Of a stretch of DNA of 44,819 bases, positions 17,742-24,987 are shown in pieces. The notes under the pieces were generated by a model, which did not search any database, was not told the DNA's origin, and saw nothing but the letters and a program-made list of their open reading frames with translations. The translations under genes and the position numbers were made by a program. Source of the stretch: an uncultured Candidatus Saccharimonadales bacterium (GTDB taxonomy: Bacteria > Patescibacteriota > Saccharimonadia > UBA4664). Each line of letters starts with the position of its first letter. Within the stretch, counting starts at the first letter, position 1. Location: NCBI GenBank assembly GCA_964609585.1, contig CAZSRA010000002.1, forward strand, positions 1-44,819, given 5' to 3'.

Positions 17742-18734
17742 ATGACAAACGGACATCCCCAAACCGGCCCCTTTTTAAGGTTATCGCATTTACCCGACAC
17801 TCATAGCGAAAGGGTTACTTATTTCACCGGTCTGGCTCGAGTGAAATTTCAAGACGACAGGAAGCTCGATGGATCTCTTTCTCGGAAAACTCTTCGAGAA
17901 ATACAGGAACAAATTAAGGCTAAAGAAGTAGCAGCGATCCATGATGGTGTCGACTTTTCTCGCATCCAGATCGACCAGCTAATGCGCCCCCTTCCGCCGG
18001 GAATGTACCGAGATGTCGAAACCTGGGGTCCTTACCTGACTCATTTTGATACGGCTACCGGCGAGATACATGAGGATAATCTTTCGGCAACTGATCATAT
18101 CGGCCTAAGGCTTGCGGCTACGTTTCGGGAGCTACTGCCGGGCTCGCGGCCGGTATCCCTATGTGATGACTATAATGGTGTTGAGCCTTACAAGAAGGGT
18201 GAGCTCCTGTCCGATCATGAGGAGTATGGCCCTAGTTTTTCTGAGCAGGCGAAGCGGAACTTCCGACATAGCGTGGCGGGTACCCTTAAACGGCATGGTG
18301 CCTTAGCGGATGATGCCGTCGAAGGCCGGGACTATTTTATGCTTTCTGAGGAGTCAAATGTTGCTTATGCCCAGCAGTTTGTCGATCTTCTGGATGCTGA
18401 GCAGTCATGGATTGAGCGCAATGGAGACGAGCTGACATTTGTAAATGAAGACGCCGAGAACCCGGCATACCGGAATATTCATCTTAGATCTAAGTCAGGC
18501 CATTGGTCCTGTGTAGCGCTCGATGCTGCGGCCTTTTTGATGCCGGTCAATCTTTCGATCGTACACCTTGTAGTACTGCCCGATTATATGAAGATTCAGC
18601 AAGATAAAGTTTGGGAGCTTCTTCGACTTATTGGTATTCGGCCAATCAACTACCATAATATCTTCTATGATCCAAGTCTTCCCCCTGAACACATTGCAGA
18701 AGTTATTAAGGCTGAATTTCGAAAATATCGTTAA
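17742..18734 (+). CDS. Uncharacterised protein with class-I aaRS/CDPS-like Rossmann motifs
   Basis: 330-aa ORF; SLCDDYN, SEES, LRSKSGHWSCVALDAA, VVLP...QQDKVWELL...HNIFY; the fold call is inference. Confidence 0.75.
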   Translation: MTNGHPQTGPFLRLSHLPDTHSERVTYFTGLARVKFQDDRKLDGSLSRKTLREIQEQIKAKEVAAIHDGVDFSRIQIDQLMRPLPPGMYRDVETWGPYLTHFDTATGEIHEDNLSATDHIGLRLAATFRELLPGSRPVSLCDDYNGVEPYKKGELLSDHEEYGPSFSEQAKRNFRHSVAGTLKRHGALADDAVEGRDYFMLSEESNVAYAQQFVDLLDAEQSWIERNGDELTFVNEDAENPAYRNIHLRSKSGHWSCVALDAAAFLMPVNLSIVHLVVLPDYMKIQQDKVWELLRLIGIRPINYHNIFYDPSLPPEHIAEVIKAEFRKYR

Positions 18735-18738
18735 ATTT

Positions 18739-19551
18739 TTATAACGTTTGGTTTTTGAGCGTAGGTGGATTGGTTTTTGAGGGTTTGGGCTTGGGAGCGA
18801 ATTTGGCCTTGAGGCGGACGGCGCGGTAGCTAAGCCAGAGAATGACAGCTAAAAGGATGAAAACAGCGGCACTTACCATGAAACGGGTGGCGATGTCGTG
18901 CGTGATGGTGGTGACGAACGGCGAGATAGCGGTCCGAATGGGCAGAAGGGTGGGCTTATTTAAGGCGAGCGAAAGTGAGTTTGGCACAAACCAGAGAAGA
19001 GCGGCATTTGCAAGAAGAGTAAGGGCGGCTTCGATGCTGGCGCGAGCAAGGACGCGCAGACGGTGGCTACCCATAGTAACTACAATGAGGCCGATTAAAA
19101 CAACGGCAGCGATGGGCGCAAATTCGCTAGCCTGTTTGAGGCGAGCGATGAGGCCGACGAGCCTAGTGTCAGCTGGGCCAAAGTTTAGGGTGATGGCGGT
19201 AGTATTTTGCGGGGCGGGTTGACCGGTGGCCGCAGCGAGGGCAACCAGATCGAGAACAGGAGCTGGTCCAGAGTTATAAAAATGATTGATAAATTGCGGA
19301 ATAATAGCGGTGAATTGCTTTTGAATGGGGGCGGGGTCCAATGCAACGGCGCTGTCTTTGGGGGCGTCTGAGTTTTCCGTGGCAAAAGCTGCCTGAATTC
19401 CGGTAGCGAGAGCGGGATACAGATTTGTTTGGTCGGCTTGGCGTTCAAGATAACCAGCACTCCAGAAGGTTTGACCAAAAATCCAACCGGAAATAGTGAG
19501 GGTAAGGGCGGCGGCGAGCAGGAGGGCAAGGAGCTGGCCGAGGAATTTCAT
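18739..19551 (-). CDS. Membrane protein (about 4 TM), downstream of rsmA
   Basis: N-terminal TM, extracellular domain, three C-terminal TMs, basic tail. Confidence 0.75.
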   Translation of the reverse strand: MKFLGQLLALLLAAALTLTISGWIFGQTFWSAGYLERQADQTNLYPALATGIQAAFATENSDAPKDSAVALDPAPIQKQFTAIIPQFINHFYNSGPAPVLDLVALAAATGQPAPQNTTAITLNFGPADTRLVGLIARLKQASEFAPIAAVVLIGLIVVTMGSHRLRVLARASIEAALTLLANAALLWFVPNSLSLALNKPTLLPIRTAISPFVTTITHDIATRFMVSAAVFILLAVILWLSYRAVRLKAKFAPKPKPSKTNPPTLKNQTL

Positions 19552-19552
19552 G

Positions 19553-20380
19553 CTAGATGATATCGCGTTTTAGGGCGAGCTCGTAGAGGCGCCGCCAGGC
19601 GGTAAGATCAAGCTCCTGAGCTCGAGCCGTGGGTGCGAGCTCAGCTTCGGCGATGAGCTCGACGGCGAGTTCGCTCGTTAGGTTAAGACCGCCAGAGAGG
19701 GCGTTTTTGAGTTGCTTGCGTTTTTCGCCGAAGCCGGCTTTGATGAGGCGAAAGAGGCGAGTGGAGTCAGCCGGAAATGCCGGACCGCTGAGTGTGATGC
19801 GCAGTACGGCTGAGTCGACGGCGGGTGCGGGCCAGAATTTGTGGCGCTCAACGATGCGAACAAGCTCAGGATGGCCATAATATTGAACGGACAGCGCAAG
19901 AATGCTGAGGTTTCCCGGAGCTGCTGTAATGCGTTCGGCAACTTCTTTTTGGATGAGGACCGAGATGACGGAAGGCGGATTTGGGCTTTCGATGAGGAGG
20001 CGGAAAATTTTGGAGGTGAGATAGTACGGGATGTTGGCGATGACTTTGTACTGCTGTGGAAGCTTGGCCAGATCATAGGTGAGAAAATCCTGTTCCACCA
20101 CTTCAAGATTTGCGGGTGCATCGCGGCGGAGAAGGTCAGCTAAGATGCGATCAGTTTCAACGGCGATAACCTGACCGGCTTGAGCGGCTAGGGGTCTGGT
20201 CATAACGCCAAGACCGGGGCCGATTTCAAGCACCGTGTCGGTTTTTGTGAGGGCGGCCGCGTCCATAATGGCTTCGAGGCTGGGGCGGTCGACGAGGAAA
20301 TGCTGACCGAGGCCTTTGTTGGGCTTAATGCCAGCGAGGCGCATGGCGGTACGAACGTCTTCGACGCGGGTGAGATCCAT
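19553..20380 (-). CDS. rsmA: 16S rRNA adenine dimethyltransferase
   Basis: LGQHFL, LEIGPGLG, ANIPYY, QKEVAER, P.VDS, KRKQL; ATG overlaps the upstream TAA (TAATG at 20380). Confidence 0.96.
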   Translation of the reverse strand: MDLTRVEDVRTAMRLAGIKPNKGLGQHFLVDRPSLEAIMDAAALTKTDTVLEIGPGLGVMTRPLAAQAGQVIAVETDRILADLLRRDAPANLEVVEQDFLTYDLAKLPQQYKVIANIPYYLTSKIFRLLIESPNPPSVISVLIQKEVAERITAAPGNLSILALSVQYYGHPELVRIVERHKFWPAPAVDSAVLRITLSGPAFPADSTRLFRLIKAGFGEKRKQLKNALSGGLNLTSELAVELIAEAELAPTARAQELDLTAWRRLYELALKRDII

Positions 20381-21591
20381 TACTGGCAGGACCAAGCTTT
20401 GGTACCGTAGAGGGCCATTTTTTTCGCGGTAAGCTGGATTTGAACGGAGCCGTCGAAGATATTGTCGTTGGTGCCGCCGGCGCCGCGCCAGGTAGATGGG
20501 AGGTATTGGAAGAGACCGCTGGCGTGCTCACCACCTACTGTGGTGGTATTTACATCAGTGGCGTTGCCCCGCGACTCACAGGCCATAATGCGCAACATCA
20601 TGTTGGGATCGATCCCCCACTGGGCGGCAGCGGCTTCAACTTGCGGACGCCAATATTCCACGGAGCCAGCAAAGTAGACTTTGGTACCTTGAACGATCAC
20701 ACGTGGCGTAGCTGGAGTCTCGCTCACGACCTGAATAGCTTGACGACTGGTCTCAACGCCGTCTTGGTAATGAATACGGTAAGTGGTGGTTTTTTGACCA
20801 TCAGAACCTTGAGCTTTAACGGTGTTTTGGCCTTTGAGTACAGTGGGGTCGGAAATCGTTTGAATAGGACGAGGCAACTGGACGGTGAGCGTAACGACCG
20901 CTTCACTGACACGCGTGATGGTTACAGTCATGCCGGGAGTTACGGAAGCAATCGGATCTACCGACATGGTATCACTGGCGCCAAGCGTGACGCCGCCACT
21001 GGTCAAGGCTTCGCCTACTGAAGTTGCCTGAGTGCGAATGAGGCGAGTTTTACCGTCCACCTTTATGTTCATGGGTTTGGCGCGGGTAATTATGACTTTT
21101 TCCCCGATGAAACCATCATCGACAATGTCGGTGATAATTTGGGTGCGGAAAAGATCTTCGGGATACACAACAAGGCCAGCGGCCATAGCGAGAAGTCGCG
21201 GGCTTTGATAAGCACTATTTAGGCGATAGGTTTCGAGACCATCAACGATCATGACGGGCCGAGCGCGGTAGACGTTAATGTTAAACTGGCCGCTTGGCAC
21301 ATGAGAGGCGGCCGATGGCTCAACGAGGTCATTGGGTCCAAGCTTTACGCCAGCCCGGCGCAGCACATCACTGACCGTGGTGGCATCGGTGGAAAATAAG
21401 CGCTCCTGGCCGTCGGCATAGAGCGAAACGAGCGCCTGAGAGTCGGCGGTAGCGCCAGCCGATACGGGCAAGCGACCCGATGAAGGACCAAGGCTAACTA
21501 TTGAAATGAGTATACCAATCGCCAGGAGATTGCGAGGTTGGGCTTTAAGCCTACGGTAGGTGGCGATAAGTGAACTGATTATGCTATGCAA
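20380..21591 (-). CDS. YabE/RpfB-like cell-wall protein: DUF348 repeats, G5 domain, lytic transglycosylase
   Basis: N-terminal TM, T.A.TV...L DUF348 repeats, G5 (QG.DG...Y.DG.E), C-terminal CESRG...ASGLFQY..STW; adjacent to rsmA as yabE/rpfB usually is. Confidence 0.87.
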   Translation of the reverse strand: MHSIISSLIATYRRLKAQPRNLLAIGILISIVSLGPSSGRLPVSAGATADSQALVSLYADGQERLFSTDATTVSDVLRRAGVKLGPNDLVEPSAASHVPSGQFNINVYRARPVMIVDGLETYRLNSAYQSPRLLAMAAGLVVYPEDLFRTQIITDIVDDGFIGEKVIITRAKPMNIKVDGKTRLIRTQATSVGEALTSGGVTLGASDTMSVDPIASVTPGMTVTITRVSEAVVTLTVQLPRPIQTISDPTVLKGQNTVKAQGSDGQKTTTYRIHYQDGVETSRQAIQVVSETPATPRVIVQGTKVYFAGSVEYWRPQVEAAAAQWGIDPNMMLRIMACESRGNATDVNTTTVGGEHASGLFQYLPSTWRGAGGTNDNIFDGSVQIQLTAKKMALYGTKAWSCQ

Positions 21592-21704
21592 AATAAGTGT
21601 CTCTTACGTTAATACGAAGCGACTTTTATTTTGGGTTTTGGTTTCAAACGAACATGCTTATGATATCAAGATCATCTGGAGACAGTCAATTGGCGAAGAG
21701 AGCT

Positions 21705-22427
21705 TTAGCCGACCTTGGTGCCAATTTTTTGACCTTCGATGACGCGGCGAATGTTGCCGTGGGTGAGTAGGTCGAAGACGATGATGGGGAGCGAATTGTC
21801 CATGGCGAGCGAAATGGCGGCGTTGTCCATAACGTTCATGTCCGGGTTGGTGAGAACTTGATCGAAATCGAGAGTATCGTGCTTGACGGCGTCTGAATGT
21901 TTGGCTGGGTCTTTATCGTAGACGCCGGCAACTTTAGTGGCTTTGAGGACGACATCACAGTCGAGCTCAAGGCCGGTAGTGACCGCTGCAGTGTCGGTAG
22001 TGACGTAAGGGTTGCCGGTGCCGCCAGCTACGACGACGACTCTTCCCTTTTCGAGGTGACGCAGGCCCCGACGGCGTACATATGGTTCAGCGACGGCGTC
22101 GGCGCGCAAGCGAGTTTGGAGACGGGCGTGGACACCGTTGGCTTCGAGGATGTCGACGAGAGCCATGCCGTTGATGAGAGTAGCCATCATGCCCATGTAG
22201 TCACCCGTAGCACGCTCAATGCCACTCTTGGACACGCTGGCGCCGCGCATGATGTTGCCGCCGCCGACGATAATGGCCAGCTGTACGCCGGTGGCCTCGA
22301 TGGTTTCGGCGAGTTCTTTAGCAAGGCGGTTGACAAAATTGGGGTCAATGCCGTATTCGCGGTCGCCAGCGAATTGCTCACCAGATAGTTTTAGTAGGAC
22401 GCGTTTGTAGGGATGGTTGGGTTGCAT
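21705..22427 (-). CDS. pyrH: UMP kinase
   Basis: KRVLLKLSGE, GGGNI.RG, DYMGM.AT, GTGNPY.TTD, GVYDKDP; start placed at MQPNH. Confidence 0.96.
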   Translation of the reverse strand: MQPNHPYKRVLLKLSGEQFAGDREYGIDPNFVNRLAKELAETIEATGVQLAIIVGGGNIMRGASVSKSGIERATGDYMGMMATLINGMALVDILEANGVHARLQTRLRADAVAEPYVRRRGLRHLEKGRVVVVAGGTGNPYVTTDTAAVTTGLELDCDVVLKATKVAGVYDKDPAKHSDAVKHDTLDFDQVLTNPDMNVMDNAAISLAMDNSLPIIVFDLLTHGNIRRVIEGQKIGTKVG

Positions 22428-22508
22428 ATCGGTTCTCATTATAGGGAGGATTGGGATTTGTACAACTGTAGTTATCAACGGTAGTAGCTAGATCTTAAAC
22501 AGTGATGA

Positions 22509-22587
22509 CCCAACACTCCAGCTATATATTACTGGAGTGTTGGGGTTCGTGCAGGAGCCGAGTATTCCGCCTGAAGAAGCTACGAAC
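22509..22587. terminator. Tandem hairpins downstream of small acidic ORF
   Basis: 13-bp IR cccaacactccag/ctggagtgttggg (22509-22544), then a gttcgt/acgaac-closed hairpin. Confidence 0.6.
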
Positions 22588-22712
22588 TATTCTTCTTCTG
22601 GCTGTTCTGCCTCTGCACGCAGATTTCGAATTTCTTCTTCGACTCTGGCGAGATCTGCCGCGATCGCGAAATCCGCCTCATCCGGAACGCGTTCATCCTC
22701 CGGTATGGACAT
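22587..22712 (-). CDS. Small acidic protein (41 aa; alternative start 22763)
   Basis: MSIPEDERVPDEADFAIAADLARVEEEIRNLRAEAEQPEEE preceded by GAGGGGAAAGGA; hairpins follow the stop. Confidence 0.5.
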   Translation of the reverse strand: MSIPEDERVPDEADFAIAADLARVEEEIRNLRAEAEQPEEE

Positions 22713-22808
22713 TCCTTTCCCCTCTTCGGTGTCTCGTGTTTTAGGCTCTGCATTCGCTACCATACGGTATCTTTGTGATTTGCTCAAGGAAATAGCTCCT
22801 TGTCGCAG

Positions 22809-22920
22809 GGGGCGCCTGGTCTGGCCTTCGGGCAAATCCGAATGGTTTGTGAGCGAACTCGCCCTCTTTGCCCGCCTGGATGCGTGGTGTTGTCTGGCGG
22901 CCGCCACCGAGATGCTTGGC
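22809..22920. repeat. Nested-palindrome dispersed element, copy B
   Basis: 16-mer identical to copy A (22849-22864), 18/21 match at 22877-22897 versus 2473-2493, shared ggggc(gc)ctggt flank. Confidence 0.72.
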
Positions 22921-23846
22921 TATTTGGGGTCGGTGGGGCGGTGGCGGAAGGCTTCGATGGTAAGCCTGAGGCCGTCTTCGAGGGAGATTTCGGGTTTCCA
23001 GCCGAGCTCTTTTTGGACTTTGGTGATGTCGGCGAGGAGACGGGGTGGATCGCCGGCGCGCTGGCCAAGGTCTTTGGTGGTGATTGGGAGGCCGGCGATT
23101 TCGGAGATTTTGTTTACGACGTCGCGCACAACGTAGCCGGTACCGGAGCCGAGATTGTAGGCGTGGAAGCCGTCTTTTTCGAGGCCCATGACATGAGCGC
23201 GAGCAATGTCTTCTACGAAAAAGAAGTCGCGGGTCTGCTGGCCGTTCCAGTAGAGCGGAATAGGTTTACGGGCGAGAGCGGCGCGAATGAAATTGGGAAT
23301 GGCATGAGTTTCGGGGTCGTGGATTTCGGTAGGGCCGTAGGGATTGAAATAGCGAAACATGATCACGTTGAAGCCGTAGCATGTGTGATATGCGTGAAGT
23401 AATTGCTCAAAGGCGTACTTGGTGGCGCCGTAAGGGTTGATGGGGATCTTGGGATCGTCTTCAGCGATAGGGATTTTGGTGGGTGTGCCATAAACGGCCG
23501 CGGTGGAAGAATGAACGAGTCGGTTTACCCCATGTGCGCGCATAGCATCGAGCAAGTTTTGGCCGCCGAGAAGGTTGATATCGAAGGCTTTGCGCGGGTC
23601 GGCGACGGATTCTGGAACGATGGCTTGGGCAGCGAGGTGTACCACGGCGTCTTGGCCCTGGACGGCGGCGTCGACGGCAGCCGCGTCGCGAAGGTCGGCG
23701 AGGATGAGTTTGGCTTGGCCGGGGACATTGGATTTTGCGCCGGTGGAGAGGTTGTCGAAAATAGTAACCGTATGTCCGGCTGAGATGAGTTGAGTAGCGA
23801 TGCGGCTGCCAATGAAGCCAGCGCCACCCGTAATTAGGATGTTCAC
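22920..23846 (-). CDS. galE: NAD-dependent epimerase/dehydratase (UDP-glucose 4-epimerase-like)
   Basis: ITGGAGFIGS, HLAA, SSTAAVYG, YGATK (YxxxK), RYFNPYG, RDF..V.D, R.GDP. Confidence 0.85.
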   Translation of the reverse strand: MNILITGGAGFIGSRIATQLISAGHTVTIFDNLSTGAKSNVPGQAKLILADLRDAAAVDAAVQGQDAVVHLAAQAIVPESVADPRKAFDINLLGGQNLLDAMRAHGVNRLVHSSTAAVYGTPTKIPIAEDDPKIPINPYGATKYAFEQLLHAYHTCYGFNVIMFRYFNPYGPTEIHDPETHAIPNFIRAALARKPIPLYWNGQQTRDFFFVEDIARAHVMGLEKDGFHAYNLGSGTGYVVRDVVNKISEIAGLPITTKDLGQRAGDPPRLLADITKVQKELGWKPEISLEDGLRLTIEAFRHRPTDPK

Positions 23847-24265
23847 GCGAGGTGCTCCTGAATGTGAGAAATGAGGGCGATGACAGCATCGAGCGATTGG
23901 CGCGACTGTGCAATAGTGGCATCTTTGCCTTCGTGAACGAGGTCATTGCGCAGCTCGACGTGGGCGACAAGAGCCGACCAGAACGGTGCTTGGGTGATCT
24001 GATCTTCGGACAGTGCCATGTAAAGCCGTGAGACTTTGGTATTGCCAATGTTGTAGTTTGTGAGCAGGTGTTCGAGGGCAGACTTGAGATATTCGATGTG
24101 GCGAGCTCGGTAGAGATGGCGAAGCGTTTTTTCAGTGAAGAGCTCGAGGGCAGTTTGGGCGAGGATCACGGCTTCTTTGTATTGGCTGGCCTCGTGAGCG
24201 GCGACAGCTGCGTCCAGGAGGTTTTCGTAGGGTTCGTGGGAATTGAAGGTGAGATTTAGAGGCAT
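23843..24265 (-). CDS. HEPN-like domain protein
   Basis: Helical 140 aa with an N-terminal A..A.E and a C-terminal RNDLVH (R-x4-H) motif. Confidence 0.65.
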   Translation of the reverse strand: MPLNLTFNSHEPYENLLDAAVAAHEASQYKEAVILAQTALELFTEKTLRHLYRARHIEYLKSALEHLLTNYNIGNTKVSRLYMALSEDQITQAPFWSALVAHVELRNDLVHEGKDATIAQSRQSLDAVIALISHIQEHLA

Positions 24266-24297
24266 GGGGATATTATACGGCAGGCGGTCGGGGTTAG

Positions 24298-24372
24298 AAA
24301 CGGCCCGAATGCTTAACTGCTTGAGTTAAGTGCTCGGGCCGTTTGGCGGCGCCCCGCGAAGGGGCACCGCCA
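24298..24372. terminator. Tandem hairpins downstream of orphan 24379..24930
   Basis: aaacggcccga..taact/agtta..tcgggccgttt and tggcggcgcccc/ggggcaccgcca stems. Confidence 0.6.
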
Positions 24373-24378
24373 CCGGTA

Positions 24379-24930
24379 TTACATGATGTAATCGTCGTGC
24401 ATGGCTTGGCCGAGAACCTCGCTTGCGAATGCAAGCGACAGTTGGTGGCATATGCGAGGGTCTGGGCCCCCGAAGGAGACGATCAGTTTCTGAGGCTCGG
24501 CCCCATAGATAGCCAAAACGCTACCCAGGGCTTCTGGGTCGTGCGGGAAGAGGATCCCGCGGTGCTTGTTGACATCTAGGCCCAATGCCCAGAGCATGGT
24601 GCGATGAGCGACAATCCCTTCTTTGGCGTAGGGCGAAAGGCCGCCGTTAGGGGCGGCGACCTTTGACTCCTTGGGCCTGTGGGCGAACAACAAGCCGAGC
24701 GATGCGACCGCCTCGCGGCTGTGTTCCCCCGTCAGGTCCGTCGGGCACAGGCCGGGCTTGTTACAGCAGACTGGACGACTCGATGGAAGCTTGTAGACAC
24801 CACAAGCCACGCTCCCTAGTTCGAGTCGTTTGACGGTTGGGCTGGAGAAGACTCCCTGTAGCACGTATGGTGCGACCCACTTCCACCAATCGGAAGGGGG
24901 CATTTGAGCCTCGTTTGCTTGTGACGCCAT
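24379..24930 (-). CDS. Orphan hypothetical protein (Cys cluster)
   Basis: 183-aa ORF with strong AAGGAG SD and C-x11-CC-x5-C; followed by hairpins. Confidence 0.65.
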   Translation of the reverse strand: MASQANEAQMPPSDWWKWVAPYVLQGVFSSPTVKRLELGSVACGVYKLPSSRPVCCNKPGLCPTDLTGEHSREAVASLGLLFAHRPKESKVAAPNGGLSPYAKEGIVAHRTMLWALGLDVNKHRGILFPHDPEALGSVLAIYGAEPQKLIVSFGGPDPRICHQLSLAFASEVLGQAMHDDYIM

Positions 24931-24987
24931 GCCTCTCCTTGAGAACGTAGCCTCATGAAATACCGGACGGAAGATATTATGCCATAA

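Noticed and set aside
19663..19677. ggcgagttcgctc in rsmA, resembling the element core on the opposite strand
   Set aside because: Short match within ordinary coding sequence, lacking the second conserved block and flanking stems
22537..23402. Plus-strand ORFs of about 200 aa across galE and element B, and the N-terminal extension of 22587..22907
   Set aside because: Antisense to galE or reading through the palindromic element; no coding signals
24298..24372. tRNA- or SRP-like reading of the intergenic double hairpins
   Set aside because: No cloverleaf, T-loop or SRP motif; consistent with terminator-type stems
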